Assembly (NCBI GenBank): GCA_035540895.1
Contig: DATLFR010000075.1
Span: 1 to 62,773 of the forward strand
DNA: 62,773 nucleotides
Reading direction: 5' to 3'
Origin: Actinomycetota bacterium
GTDB taxonomy: Bacteria > Actinomycetota > JAICYB01
Shown in pieces: positions 18,501 through 28,451 of the stretch. Positions within the stretch are counted from its first letter, which is position 1, and each line of letters starts with the position of its first letter. The position numbers and the translations under genes are program-made. The notes below the pieces were generated by a model, which was given only the letters and a program-made list of their open reading frames with translations, made no database searches and was not told the DNA's origin.

Positions 18501-20064
18501 CGGCGACCCGCTTGCCGAGCTCGTGCGCCGACCACTCGTCGATGCCCTCCCCGTACACGAGCGTCACCAGTGAGCCGTCGCCCTGGACCATCTCCTCGAG
18601 CACCTGCATGACGGTCTGGGCCGGGTCGTCGCCGATCGTGACCACCTGTCCGTCGCGCATGCCCAGGCACTGGCCGCGCTCGACGTGTCCGACCGGGGTG
18701 TCCGCGGACCGGACCGCGTAAGCCACCTCCCCGTGGCGGGTCCGCTCGGTCTCGGCCGACATCGCTTCGACGACGGCGTCGAGATCTCCCTCCTGGTCGA
18801 ACGAGAGCAGAGCCGTGAACGCCTGGAGCGGCGACTCGGTGGGGATCACCTCGACCCGCTTCGCGATCCCCTCCTCGACCGCGACCTGCGCGGCCGTGCG
18901 CGCGCTCGCGATCACGTTCTTGTTGTTGGGCAGCACGATGACCTGTTCGGCCCGGGCCGCGCGCACCGCGCGGATGATCTCCTCCGCCGAGGGGTTGAAC
19001 GTCTGTCCGCCGGGGACGAGACCTCTCACACCTAGCGACCTGAAGACGGCCAGGATGCCATCGCCCGCCGCGACGGCCACCACCCCCAACGGGGTCAGGG
19101 GGCCCTCCTCCTCCGGCTCTCCCTCGCCCCGCATCCGGGCGAGCACGGCCTCCGTGTGCACCTCGGCCACCTGATCCTGCATGTAGGTGACCTCGATCTG
19201 GCGGGGCCGGCCGACCTCGAGCGCCTCCTCGATCACCGCGCCGACGTCGTCGGTGTGGACGTGAACGTTGAACACGCCGGACCCCCCGACGACCAGGACG
19301 CAGTCGCCCAGACGGTCGAGCGTCCGCCGGTAGGACTCCACTCCCGTGTCGTCGTCGGCGTACAGCAGCATCTGGACCTCGAACGGGTACTCCAGCGAAC
19401 CGCCGTCGGCGGCCGCGGCTCCTGCCTCCGATCTCGGCAGGTCGACCCGTGGCTCGGGGAGCGGCGTCCCGTCGAGCGTGTTGAGGAGCGACTCGAGCAG
19501 GAGGACGAGCCCCCGCCCTCCCGCGTCGACCACCCCGGCCTGGGCCAGCACGGGCAGGAGCTCCGGGGTGCGGGCGAGCGCTTCTCGGGCGCGTTCGAGG
19601 GAGTGCCTCACCACCTCGACGGCGTCCGAGCCCGACACGGACCCCGCCGCGTCGGCCGCCTCGCGCGCCACCGTGAGGATCGTCCCCTCCTGGGGTCGGA
19701 GCACCGCGCCGTAGGCCCGGTCGGCCGCGGCGCGCAAGCCTTCGGCGATCGACCTACCGCTCATCTCATCCGCTTCGGCTATCCGCTCGCACAGGCCCCG
19801 CAGCACCTGGGACAGGATCACCCCGGAGTTCCCGCGCGCCCCCATCAACGATCCGCGCACTATCGCGGCCGGGACGTCGTCCGCCCCCTCGAGCTCCCTG
19901 CGGACCGCCTCGACCGTGAGCCTCATGTTCGTGCCCGTGTCGCCGTCGGGGACGGGGAACACGTTCAGCGCGTTGATCTCCTCCTGGAACGCGGTGAGCG
20001 CGTCGGCGTACACCTCGACGAGGCGGCGCAGCTCGGAGACGGGCAGGGTCGTGTCCGCACCCAT
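18427..20064 (-). CDS. DAK2 domain fusion protein (YloV family)
   Basis: N-terminal Dak2 motif FPVPDGDTGTNM and a DegV-like C-terminal half. Divergent from rpmB, as in many Gram-positives. Confidence 0.85.
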   Translation of the reverse strand: MGADTTLPVSELRRLVEVYADALTAFQEEINALNVFPVPDGDTGTNMRLTVEAVRRELEGADDVPAAIVRGSLMGARGNSGVILSQVLRGLCERIAEADEMSGRSIAEGLRAAADRAYGAVLRPQEGTILTVAREAADAAGSVSGSDAVEVVRHSLERAREALARTPELLPVLAQAGVVDAGGRGLVLLLESLLNTLDGTPLPEPRVDLPRSEAGAAAADGGSLEYPFEVQMLLYADDDTGVESYRRTLDRLGDCVLVVGGSGVFNVHVHTDDVGAVIEEALEVGRPRQIEVTYMQDQVAEVHTEAVLARMRGEGEPEEEGPLTPLGVVAVAAGDGILAVFRSLGVRGLVPGGQTFNPSAEEIIRAVRAARAEQVIVLPNNKNVIASARTAAQVAVEEGIAKRVEVIPTESPLQAFTALLSFDQEGDLDAVVEAMSAETERTRHGEVAYAVRSADTPVGHVERGQCLGMRDGQVVTIGDDPAQTVMQVLEEMVQGDGSLVTLVYGEGIDEWSAHELGKRVADAFGGEVEVHRGGQPHYPYLIGVE

Positions 20065-20091
20065 GGGGAAGCCATGCTACCGTTGTTCGTC

Positions 20092-20283
20092 ATGGCAGCG
20101 AAGTGCGACATCTGCGGCAAGGGCCCGTCGACCGGGTTCAACGTGAGCCACTCCAACCGCCACACGAAGCGTCGGTGGAAGCCGAACCTGCACTCGATGC
20201 GCGCGAGCATCAAGGGCAGCGTGCAGCGGGTGAAGGTGTGCTCGTCCTGCCTGTCCGCGGGCAAGGTAACCAAGGTCGTCTGA
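20092..20283 (+). CDS. rpmB: 50S ribosomal protein L28
   Basis: [36 protein letters not shown] 20092 lies inside track ORF 19156..20283. Confidence 0.9.
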   Translation: MAAKCDICGKGPSTGFNVSHSNRHTKRRWKPNLHSMRASIKGSVQRVKVCSSCLSAGKVTKVV

Positions 20284-20470
20284 GCGCCTCCGGCGTCCCC
20301 ACCATCCCGCTCCACCGGCGGGTCGCGCGCGCGTCCCTCGACCTTCCCCCTCGCCGAACCCCTGGCTATACTCACCGCGAGGGTTTTGCACCGGGCACCT
20401 GTACCCCATTGCAGTTCCCTCCCCGCCCCCCTGGGGCGGAGCACGTGTAGGCAGAGAGGAGGGGCGCGGG
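20284..20470 (+). promoter_or_regulatory. cspA promoter and long 5' UTR
   Basis: A -10-like TATACT sits at 20367..20372, about 100 nt upstream of the ATG. A strong SD GAGAGGAGGGG sits just before 20471. Long structured 5' UTRs are typical of cold-shock genes. Confidence 0.35.
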
Positions 20471-20671
20471 ATGCCCGAAGGAACCGTGAAGTGGTTCAAG
20501 AACGAGAAGGGCTACGGCTTCATCACGGGTGAGGACGGCCAGGACGTGTTCGTCCACTACTCCGCGATCCAGTCGGAGGGTTACAAGTCGCTGCACGAGG
20601 GCCAGAAGGTGTCCTACGACGTCGTGCAGGGGCAGAAGGGGCCGCAGGCCTCCAACGTCGTCCCCCAGTAG
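20471..20671 (+). CDS. cspA: Cold-shock protein (CspA family)
   Basis: [15 protein letters not shown] (RNP1) and VFVHYS (RNP2). Confidence 0.9.
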   Translation: MPEGTVKWFKNEKGYGFITGEDGQDVFVHYSAIQSEGYKSLHEGQKVSYDVVQGQKGPQASNVVPQ

Positions 20672-20689
20672 CTCTAGCTGACCCACGAC

Positions 20690-20715
20690 GCGGGCTCGCC
20701 CTCGGGCGGGCCCGC
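20690..20715. terminator. Hairpin between convergent cspA and thiD (candidate bidirectional terminator)
   Basis: An 11-bp stem: 20690..20700 pairs with 20705..20715 (GCGGGCUCGCC / GGCGGGCCCGC, one G.U). The U-tract is only weak. Confidence 0.4.
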
Positions 20716-20716
20716 T

Positions 20717-21508
20717 TCACGTTCCGAGGTCGAACGCGGGGTTGACGGGTCCGATGCCGGACCCGATCTCCAGGTGAGCCTCGATCGCCCGGGTCACGAA
20801 GGCCTTCGCGGCGGCAGCGGCGTCCGGCACCGCCAGACCCTTCGCGAGGCCGGCGGCGAGCGCGGCGGAGAGCACGCACCCCGTCCCGTGCGTGTGCTTC
20901 GTAGGGAGCCGGGGGGCATCCAGCAGCGTCACCGTGCGCCCGTCGGTGAGCACGTCGGTCGCCGCCTCCGAACCCAGGTGTCCGCCCTTCAGAAGCACCC
21001 AGCGCGGTCCCAGCGCGACGAGCTCGCGAGCCGCGTCCACGTCCGGCTCCCGGTCGTCGACCGCCCGACCCAGCAGCCCCTCCGCCTCGGGCACGTTAGG
21101 GGTCAGGACGGTGGCGAGCGGCAGGATCTCTTCGCGCAGGGCGTCGACGGCCGACGACCTCAGCAGCGGATCCCCGTGCTTGGACACGAAGACGGGGTCG
21201 CAGACGAGGTTCGGGACGGCGTGCTCGCGGAAGGCCTCGGCCACGACCCTCACGATCTCCTCTGACGAGAGCATCCCGGTCTTGGCGGCGTCGCACCCGA
21301 TATCGGTCACGATCGCCCGGATCTGCTCGGCCACGAACCCCGGCTCCACGTCGAGGACCCCGCTCACCCCGATCGTGTTCTGTGCGGTCAGGGCGGTGAT
21401 CGCCGAGGTCCCGTGGACGCCCAGGGCAGTGAATGTCTTCAGGTCGGCCTGTATGCCGGCGCCCCCGCCGGAGTCCGACCCGGCGACGGTCATCGCGCGC
21501 GGCGTCAT
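20717..21508 (-). CDS. thiD: Hydroxymethylpyrimidine/phosphomethylpyrimidine kinase
   Basis: VAGSDSGGGAGIQADLKTF motif and the ribokinase-fold C-terminal GTGCVLSAA. Confidence 0.85.
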   Translation of the reverse strand: MTPRAMTVAGSDSGGGAGIQADLKTFTALGVHGTSAITALTAQNTIGVSGVLDVEPGFVAEQIRAIVTDIGCDAAKTGMLSSEEIVRVVAEAFREHAVPNLVCDPVFVSKHGDPLLRSSAVDALREEILPLATVLTPNVPEAEGLLGRAVDDREPDVDAARELVALGPRWVLLKGGHLGSEAATDVLTDGRTVTLLDAPRLPTKHTHGTGCVLSAALAAGLAKGLAVPDAAAAAKAFVTRAIEAHLEIGSGIGPVNPAFDLGT

Positions 21509-21517
21509 GCGTCCAGC

Positions 21518-22453
21518 CTATCGGCGGGGAGCGAAGTGGTCCCACCCTCCGGACGGGAGCGGCTCACGCTCCTCGCGCACCAGCCAGAGCCCCTCGTCCA
21601 CCACGCGCCCGATGGGGTGCAGCCCGGACGGGAGCGGGCGGTCCGGACGCGCCGCCACCAGGAGCTCGAAGTCCTCACCGCCCCCCAACGCGAGCTCGAG
21701 CGGGTCCCACCCCCGGGTCGCGGCCGTTCGCGCGGCCGCCTCGGACACGGGCACCCGGGCGGCTTCCACCTCTAGCCCGACCCTCGATGCCTCGGCGAGC
21801 CGGCGCAGATCGGAGAGCAGGCCGTCGGACAGGTCCATCGCCGCGGTCACGCACCCGGACGCCCGGAGCGCGCGTCCGGCGTCCACCCGGGCCCTCGGAC
21901 GTCTGTGAGCCGCCACGCACTCGTCCTCCTCGGGCGACCCGGCGCCGTCCGCCTGCAGGACCCGCACCCCGGCTCCCGCGGCTCCCAGCGGGCCGGTGAC
22001 CGCGAGGACGTCACCCACGCGCGCCGCCGACCGCACGAGCGGCTCTCCCTCGACCGTTCCGAGGGCGGTGACGGCCAGCGTCAGGACCGCCGCCGCGACC
22101 GTGTCCCCTCCCACGATGCGGCACCCGTACGCATCGCATGCTTCCCGCAGACCCTCGTAGAGCTCGTCGACCACCCCGGGGGGCGTCTCGGTCGGGAGGC
22201 CGAGACCCACGAGCAGCCAACGCGGCTCGGCCCCCATGGCGGCGATGTCCGAGACGTTGACGACGGCCGCCTTCCAACCGATATCGGCGGGGGACGACCA
22301 GTCCGGTCTGAAGTGGACGCCCTCGACGAGGACGTCCACGGTCGCCACGACCGACTCGCCCGCCGCCACCGCCAGGACCGCGGCGTCGTCCCCGAGGGCC
22401 TCGAACCCCGGCCGCGCGCGCAGGCGCCTGAGGAAGTCGAACTCAGCCTCCAC
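21518..22453 (-). CDS. thiL: Thiamine-monophosphate kinase
   Basis: GDDAAVL, DVLVEGVHF, NVSDIAAMGA and IVGGDT blocks of the AIR-synthase-related ThiL family. Confidence 0.8.
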   Translation of the reverse strand: MEAEFDFLRRLRARPGFEALGDDAAVLAVAAGESVVATVDVLVEGVHFRPDWSSPADIGWKAAVVNVSDIAAMGAEPRWLLVGLGLPTETPPGVVDELYEGLREACDAYGCRIVGGDTVAAAVLTLAVTALGTVEGEPLVRSAARVGDVLAVTGPLGAAGAGVRVLQADGAGSPEEDECVAAHRRPRARVDAGRALRASGCVTAAMDLSDGLLSDLRRLAEASRVGLEVEAARVPVSEAAARTAATRGWDPLELALGGGEDFELLVAARPDRPLPSGLHPIGRVVDEGLWLVREEREPLPSGGWDHFAPRR

Positions 22454-22497
22454 CCGGCCACGCTAACCGGCCCGACCGCCCTGTCGTCGGGCCGCGC

Positions 22498-23868
22498 GTG
22501 ACCGATACTGAGGTCATGCATGTGGTGATCGTGGGAGCGGGCGAGGTCGGGATGTACGTGGCCGACCGGTTGAGCCGGGAGGGGCACGACGTCGCCCTCA
22601 TCGACCTCGACCGCGACCGGATAGCCGAGGCCGACGAGGTGCTCGACGCTCTCACCGTCCAGGGGTCGGGCTCGAGCCCCGTGACGCTGGCGGCCGCCGG
22701 GATAGACCGGGCCTCGCTGCTGGTCGCGGTTAGCGACGACGACGAGACCAACCTCGTGGCCTCGATGATCGCGAAGCAGCTCAGCTCGGCTACGACGATC
22801 GTCCGCCTCGAGAGCGACGACCTGCGCGGGACCGACGCCAGCCGTCTGCGGAAGGCCATGGGGGTCGACCGCGTCATCGACCCCGACCAGGAGACCGCCG
22901 AGGAGATCTTCGAGCTGTTGCAGTTCCCCGGTGCGAGCGAGATCTTCCGGATGGTCGGTGGCGAGGTGATGGTCCTCGGCGCCCGGCTCCCGCCCGACGC
23001 GCCGGCGGTCGGCCGGACGCTGCACGACCTCGCCCGTGAGCACGAGCCCCATTGGGACTTCCTGATCGGTGTAGTGACGCGCCGCGGACAGACGATCATC
23101 GCCCGCGAGGACGTGCGGCTCGAGGCGGACGACCACCTCCGCGTCGTGTGCAACCAGCGCGGCCGCCGTCAGCTCCTGCGACTGCTGGGGCTGGCCCGGG
23201 ACCTGCCCAGGCACGTCATGCTGCTCGGTGGGGGCCACACCGGGCGCATCCTCGCCGAGCGGCTGGAGCGGCGCGGTGTCGCGCCGGTGATCATCGAGCG
23301 CAAGCCGGCCCGAGCGGAGGAGCTCGCGAGGCGCCTCGAGCGGACGCTGGTGCTGCAGGGCGAGATCACCGACTCGGACCTGCTCACCGACGAGGGCGTC
23401 TCCAAGGCGGACGTCGTCGTCGCCCTCACGGGTGAGGACGACGCCAACATCCTGGCCTGCCTGTTCGCGAAGGCGGCGGGGGCGAAGGAGACGATCGCGG
23501 TCGCCCACCGCCTGTCCCTGCTTCCTTTGCTGCGGTCGATAGGCATCGACGCCGCCCTCTCTCCGCGCACCGCGATCGCGAACGCCGTGCTGCGGTACGT
23601 GCGCGGCGGCGAGGTCTCGTCGGTGATGACCTTCCTCGAGGGTGAGGCCGAGGTGCTCGAGGTCGACGTACGGGAGGGCAGCATGGCGGACGGCGCGCTC
23701 GTGGCCGAGCTCCCCCTCCCGAAGGACGTCCTCATCGGGATGGTGATACGCGGCGGCAACGCCGAGATCGCCCGGGGACGGACCCGGCTGCACGACCAGG
23801 ACCGGGTGATCGTCTTCGCCCTCCCGAAGGCCGTTCCCCAGGTCCACCGCATCTTCGGCGCGTCGTGA
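22498..23868 (+). CDS. trkA: Trk potassium uptake system NAD-binding protein (two RCK/TrkA-N modules)
   Basis: VIVGAGEVGMYVADRL and a second MLLGGGHTGRILAERL Rossmann motif. Alternative start ATG 22516. Confidence 0.85.
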   Translation: MTDTEVMHVVIVGAGEVGMYVADRLSREGHDVALIDLDRDRIAEADEVLDALTVQGSGSSPVTLAAAGIDRASLLVAVSDDDETNLVASMIAKQLSSATTIVRLESDDLRGTDASRLRKAMGVDRVIDPDQETAEEIFELLQFPGASEIFRMVGGEVMVLGARLPPDAPAVGRTLHDLAREHEPHWDFLIGVVTRRGQTIIAREDVRLEADDHLRVVCNQRGRRQLLRLLGLARDLPRHVMLLGGGHTGRILAERLERRGVAPVIIERKPARAEELARRLERTLVLQGEITDSDLLTDEGVSKADVVVALTGEDDANILACLFAKAAGAKETIAVAHRLSLLPLLRSIGIDAALSPRTAIANAVLRYVRGGEVSSVMTFLEGEAEVLEVDVREGSMADGALVAELPLPKDVLIGMVIRGGNAEIARGRTRLHDQDRVIVFALPKAVPQVHRIFGAS

Positions 23869-25400
23869 GACTGCTCTCGAGGCGTCCTTCGGGGGGCTTC
23901 GCGCCCGACGCGCGCTTCGAGAAGCGGGAGCGAGCCGTCGCCCACGTGTCGGGACTCGTCCTCGGGGTCGTTGGCGTGGGGATCGTGGTGAGCGCCGTCG
24001 TGGACGCGGTGACCGGTGGACCGCACGCAGTGCGGCTGGGCTTGACCGGGCTCGGCCTGGCGCTCCCTGGGTTCGCGGTCTGGAGGTTCACCCGGCCGCC
24101 CGCCCGTCTCCCCATCGCCTCCATCTACGCGGCGGTGCTGACCGCTTGGGTGGTCCTCTCGATCGCGGGCGCCATCCCTTACATCGTGACGGGCACCCTC
24201 AGCGCGTGGCACGACGCGCTGTTCGAGTCGATAGCCGGGTTCACGACCACGGGGGCCACCACCCTCTCCGGCCTCGATGAGCTGCCGTCGGGGATCTTGT
24301 TCTGGAGGTCGATGACGCAGTGGTTCGGGGGGATGGGGGTCATCGTCCTCGCCGTTGCCGTCCTGCCGTTCCTCGGGGTCGGTGGGCTCTCGCTCATGGA
24401 GGCAGAGGCTCCGGGTCCATCCTCGGAACGGCTCGTGCCTCGGGTCCGGGAGACCGCGCGGCGGCTCTGGCTGCTCTACCTCGGGCTCACGTTCGTCATG
24501 ATCGCCGCGTACCTCGCGGCGGGGATGTCCCCCCTCGACGCGGTCAATCACTCCTTCACCACCGTGTCCACAGGGGGGTTCTCCACCCACGACGCCTCCC
24601 TGGCCCACTTCGGGTCGGCGGCCGTCGAATGGGTCGCGATCGTCGGCATGTTCCTGGCCGCCGGGAGCTTCGCGTTGTACTGGCGGATGCTGCGCGGGCG
24701 CCCTGCCGCGTTCCTGAGGTCGATGGAGGCCGCGGCCTACGTGGCCATCGTCCTCACCTTCATCGCGATCGCCGTCGGTTGGCGGGCAGTCACCGAAGGG
24801 TGGGCGCACGATCTGGTGCGCGGCTCGATCTTCTCCGTCCTCACCGTCATCTCCACTACCGGGTACGGGACCGACGACTTCGCGATCTGGGCTCCCCCGT
24901 TGCAGCTCATGCTGCTGTTCGGGATGGGGCTGGGGGGGATGACGGGGTCGACCGCGGGCGGGTTCAAGGTGTACCGACTGCTGGCCATCCTCGCGTACGC
25001 CCGCCGGCAGATCGTTCACCAGCTCCACCCGCGCAGCGTGAACGTCGTGCGGATGGGGAACGAGGTGGTGCGCGAGGACGTCGTCGCGCGGACGATCGGG
25101 TTCTTCGGGCTGTTCATGGCGGCCGGCGCCGCGGCCACCTTCGTGGTCGCCGCCACCGGGGAGGACATGGTCACCTCGATCTCCGCAGCCGCCTCGTCGA
25201 TCGGCAACGTGGGCCCGGGGTTGGGCGCGGTCGGACCGACGCAGACCTTCGCCGTCCTCGACCCGGTGGCGCGGGTGACGCTCGCGTTGCTGATGCTGAT
25301 CGGCCGGCTCGAGATATTCCCGGTCCTGTTAGGCGTCGTACCGGTCTACCGGGTGATCGACGACCGGGTCCGAAGGCTCAGGATGGGCCGGATCCGCTGA
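23865..25400 (+). CDS. trkH: Trk/Ktr-type potassium transporter membrane subunit
   Basis: Polytopic protein with repeated selectivity-filter-like GFTTTGAT, VSTGGF and ISTTGYG segments. 4-nt overlap with trkA. Confidence 0.8.
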   Translation: MRLLSRRPSGGFAPDARFEKRERAVAHVSGLVLGVVGVGIVVSAVVDAVTGGPHAVRLGLTGLGLALPGFAVWRFTRPPARLPIASIYAAVLTAWVVLSIAGAIPYIVTGTLSAWHDALFESIAGFTTTGATTLSGLDELPSGILFWRSMTQWFGGMGVIVLAVAVLPFLGVGGLSLMEAEAPGPSSERLVPRVRETARRLWLLYLGLTFVMIAAYLAAGMSPLDAVNHSFTTVSTGGFSTHDASLAHFGSAAVEWVAIVGMFLAAGSFALYWRMLRGRPAAFLRSMEAAAYVAIVLTFIAIAVGWRAVTEGWAHDLVRGSIFSVLTVISTTGYGTDDFAIWAPPLQLMLLFGMGLGGMTGSTAGGFKVYRLLAILAYARRQIVHQLHPRSVNVVRMGNEVVREDVVARTIGFFGLFMAAGAAATFVVAATGEDMVTSISAAASSIGNVGPGLGAVGPTQTFAVLDPVARVTLALLMLIGRLEIFPVLLGVVPVYRVIDDRVRRLRMGRIR

Positions 25401-26999
25401 TCAGGCGGGTCCGGCGCTCCGGACCTCCTCCGCCACGCCGTCCGCGTACCGCTCGAAGTTCTCCTTGAACATCCCGGCCAGCTTCGAAGCCTGCTCGTCG
25501 TAGGCCGCTCGATCCGCCCATGCCTCGCGCGGGACGAGCACCTCCGACGGGACATGCGGACACGTCATCGGGACCTCGAGGCCGAAGACCGGGTCGGTGG
25601 TGGTCTGCACCTCGTCGAGCTTGCCCTCCAGCGCTGCGCGCAGCAGCGCGCGTGTGTGTGGGAGCGACATGCGGTGACCCACCCCGTACGGACCCCCCGT
25701 CCAGCCCGTGTTGACGAGCCAGACGCGGGAGCCGTGCTTCGTCAGCTTCTCCCCCAGCATCTTCGAGTAGACGTGGGGAGGGAGCGGGAGGAAGGGAGCC
25801 CCGAAGCAGACGGAGAACGTGGCCTCGGGCTCAGTCACTCCCCTCTCCGTGCCCGCGACCTTCGCCGTGTATCCGGACAGGAACCAGTAGCGCGCCTGCT
25901 CGACGGTGAGCCTCGAGATGGGCGGCAGCACGCCGAACGCGTCGGCGGTCAGGAAGACCACGTCGGCAGGGTGCGCCCCGACCCCCTCGAGGGTGACGTT
26001 GGGTATGAAAGCGATCGGGTACGACCCGCGCGTGTTCTCGGTGATCGAGGCGTCGTCGAGGTCGATCGACCGGGTGACCGGGTCGACGACCACGTTCTCG
26101 AGGATGGTGCCGAACCTGCGCGTGGTGGCATAGATCTCCGGCTCCCCGCTCTCGGAGAGCCGGATCACCTTCGCGTAGCACCCGCCCTCGAAGTTGAACA
26201 CCCCATGGTCGGACCACCCGTGCTCGTCGTCTCCGATCAGCGTGCGCGTGGGATCGGAGGAGAGGGTCGTCTTGCCCGTCCCGGACAGCCCGAAGAACAC
26301 AGCCGTCGTGCCGTCCGGTGCCATGTTGGCCGAGCAGTGCATCGGGAACACGTCCTGCAGCGGGAGGAGGTAGTTCATCACCGTGAACATCGACTTCTTG
26401 ATCTCGCCCGCGTACGACGTGCCGCCGATGATCACCTCGCGCCGTCCGAGGTTCAGGATGACGAAGACCTCGGAGTTGGTGCCGTCCACGGCCGGGTCGG
26501 CCTTGGCCGAGGGGGCGTGCAGGACCGTGAAGCTCGGGCTGTGGTCCTCCAGCTCGGAGGCGGGAGGCGGGATGAACATGTTGCGCGCGAACAGCGTCGC
26601 CCAGGCGAACTCGGAGACGACGCGCAGGGGTACCCGGTACCGGGGGTCGGCGCCCACGTGGCAGTCGAGCACGAACCGCTCCGCGGAGTTCAGTCGGTCG
26701 ACCACCTTCTGACGCAGCCGCTCGTAGGAGGCCTCGTCGATCTCCTGGTTGACCTTCCCCCACCAGACCCGCTCCTCGCTCGAGGGCTCCCGGACGACGA
26801 ACTTGTCCCCGGGGGAGCGCCCCGTGTAGGGGGCGGTGACCGCGCAGAACGCGCCCTCCGAGGTGAGCACGCCCTCTCCGCGCGCGACCGCCCTCTCGAT
26901 GAGCGCGGCCGGCGGCAGGTTCCAATGCGTCGGAGGGCCGTCGGCGAGCCCCTGCAGCTCCAACCCGTACCGGCTGCGCAGGGCCCGGGATGCGTTCAA
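25401..26999 (-). CDS. pckA: Phosphoenolpyruvate carboxykinase (ATP)
   Basis: Kinase-1a [13 protein letters not shown] plus GGCYAK and WLVNTGW blocks. I chose start TTG 26999, preceded by AGGAGG with a 7-nt spacer. The 53 codons upstream in the track ORF are Arg-rich and lack homology features. Confidence 0.9.
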   Translation of the reverse strand: MNASRALRSRYGLELQGLADGPPTHWNLPPAALIERAVARGEGVLTSEGAFCAVTAPYTGRSPGDKFVVREPSSEERVWWGKVNQEIDEASYERLRQKVVDRLNSAERFVLDCHVGADPRYRVPLRVVSEFAWATLFARNMFIPPPASELEDHSPSFTVLHAPSAKADPAVDGTNSEVFVILNLGRREVIIGGTSYAGEIKKSMFTVMNYLLPLQDVFPMHCSANMAPDGTTAVFFGLSGTGKTTLSSDPTRTLIGDDEHGWSDHGVFNFEGGCYAKVIRLSESGEPEIYATTRRFGTILENVVVDPVTRSIDLDDASITENTRGSYPIAFIPNVTLEGVGAHPADVVFLTADAFGVLPPISRLTVEQARYWFLSGYTAKVAGTERGVTEPEATFSVCFGAPFLPLPPHVYSKMLGEKLTKHGSRVWLVNTGWTGGPYGVGHRMSLPHTRALLRAALEGKLDEVQTTTDPVFGLEVPMTCPHVPSEVLVPREAWADRAAYDEQASKLAGMFKENFERYADGVAEEVRSAGPA

Positions 27000-27129
27000 C
27001 GGAGAACCTCCTATCGGTCGGGTCCGCACGCGCCCCCGGGTGCGAACGCGATAAGGGTATCCAACGGTCGAGGGGGCGACCAGTCGGCCGGTTTGACCGC
27101 AGGAGGCCGCCGCCCGCAGGCTGTTCGCG

Positions 27130-27489
27130 ATGCGATCGCTGATCCTGGCCCTCGTCACTACGGGCTTGTCCCTGCTGGCTCAAACGCCCGCCGCTGCACA
27201 GACGCAGCCCGCGCCCCCGGCTCGCGCGGCGTGGGTCACGTTCGTCTCGCTGGTGGCCGTCCTCGTGCTCGTCATCTTCTTCACGGCGGTGACCGGACGC
27301 GGCGTCGGGCCCCGCCCACGTCTGGGACAGGCCCCCGACGACCATCACGACCACGACGCCCACCGATCGGGCGAGACCGCCGTCGACCAGATGCCCGCGG
27401 CCACGGACACCGAGGCCCCTTCGGCGGCGGAGGAGGCCGTGGAGGCCCCGTCGAAGACGGAGGCGACCGAGGATCCGCGTACGGACTAG
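27130..27489 (+). CDS. Small secreted/membrane-anchored protein with His/Asp-rich patch
   Basis: Signal-like [24 protein letters not shown], one TM ([20 protein letters not shown]), then DDHHDHDAH and an acidic tail. Confidence 0.4.
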   Translation: MRSLILALVTTGLSLLAQTPAAAQTQPAPPARAAWVTFVSLVAVLVLVIFFTAVTGRGVGPRPRLGQAPDDHHDHDAHRSGETAVDQMPAATDTEAPSAAEEAVEAPSKTEATEDPRTD

Positions 27490-28127
27490 CCGCGGGTCAG
27501 CAGGCTCCTAGCTTCATCCTCCTCGACCTGCCGGAAGTCCTCGTACCACTGCCCTACCGCGTAGTAGGGCTCGGGCGTGTACGGACAGGCCACCTCGTCG
27601 AAGACCGTCTGCATCCGTTCGACGCCCGCGCGCGGCGCGACGGGGACGGCTAGGAGGAGGCGCCCGCCCGTCCCCGGTCTCAGCAGGCGCGCGGCCGCCT
27701 CCGCGGTCCGGCCCGTCGCGATCCCGTCGTCGACTACCACGACGTCCCCGTCCCATCGCGGGGTCGGGGGCCCGTCGCCCCGGAGGGCGGCCTGCCGGCG
27801 GAGCGCCTCCGCGCGCTGGTCCGCGATCTCCCGCTCGAGGTAGTCCCGACCGATATGAAGCCTGGCCACCAGGTCCGCATCGACCACCGGCTCCCCCACC
27901 GTCCCGACGGCGCCGATCGCGAGCTCGGGGTTGGACGGCGCGCCGACCTTCCGGACGACGATGACGTCGAGGGGGGCGTCCAGGTGGTCGGCGAGGATGC
28001 GGGCCACCGGTATCCCCCCGCGCGGGACCGCGAGGACGAGTGGGTCGCGCGGTCCGAGCGCTATCAACGGAGCGATCAAGGCGGTCCCGGCCTGCGCACG
28101 GTCCCGGAAGGGGAGCTCACCCTCCAT
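27486..28127 (-). CDS. Phosphoribosyltransferase family protein
   Basis: PRPP-binding loop VVVVDDGIATGRT and N-terminal LAVPRGGIPVA. Confidence 0.75.
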   Translation of the reverse strand: MEGELPFRDRAQAGTALIAPLIALGPRDPLVLAVPRGGIPVARILADHLDAPLDVIVVRKVGAPSNPELAIGAVGTVGEPVVDADLVARLHIGRDYLEREIADQRAEALRRQAALRGDGPPTPRWDGDVVVVDDGIATGRTAEAAARLLRPGTGGRLLLAVPVAPRAGVERMQTVFDEVACPYTPEPYYAVGQWYEDFRQVEEDEARSLLTRG

Positions 28128-28210
28128 CGGTCGACCCTACCGCGGTTGCGGCGCGTCTCCCGCTACGGCTAGCCTCCACTGCACCGGGAGACGACGAAAG
28201 GAGCTGGGCC

Positions 28211-28447
28211 GTGGCGGTGGAAGCCTACATCCTGATCCAGACCGAGGTGGGCAAGGCGGCCTCGGTGGCCGAGGCGGCGTCCAGGCTCGCCGGGGTGACG
28301 TCGGCCGAGGATGTCACCGGGCCGTACGACGTGATCGTGCGCGCTCAGGCGGAGACCGTCGACGACCTCGGCAAGCTCGTCGTCTCGGAGATCCAGAAGG
28401 TCGAGGGCATCACCCGCACCCTGACCTGTCCGATCGTCCACCTGTAG
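28211..28447 (+). CDS. Stand-alone Lrp/AsnC ligand-binding (AsnC_trans_reg) domain protein
   Basis: GTG 28211 follows AAAGGAG. AYILIQTEVGKAASVAEAASRLAGVTSAEDVTGPYDVIVRA pattern. Confidence 0.65.
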   Translation: MAVEAYILIQTEVGKAASVAEAASRLAGVTSAEDVTGPYDVIVRAQAETVDDLGKLVVSEIQKVEGITRTLTCPIVHL

Positions 28448-28451
28448 GCCC

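Noticed and set aside
21509-22497. TPP riboswitch for thiD/thiL
   Set aside because: The thiL-thiD gap is 9 nt, and the region upstream of thiL (22454..22497) is 44 nt and shared with the trkA start. There is no room for the ~100-nt THI-box, and I saw no CUGAGA-like core.
22081-25028. 588-aa and 619-aa minus-strand ORFs (22081..23847 and 23169..25028)
   Set aside because: They are antisense to or overlapping thiL, trkA and trkH. They have low-complexity Arg/Gly/Asp/Pro composition and no motifs.
25554-27653. 699-aa plus-strand ORF
   Set aside because: It is antisense to pckA, which has a clear kinase-1a motif. Shadow frame.
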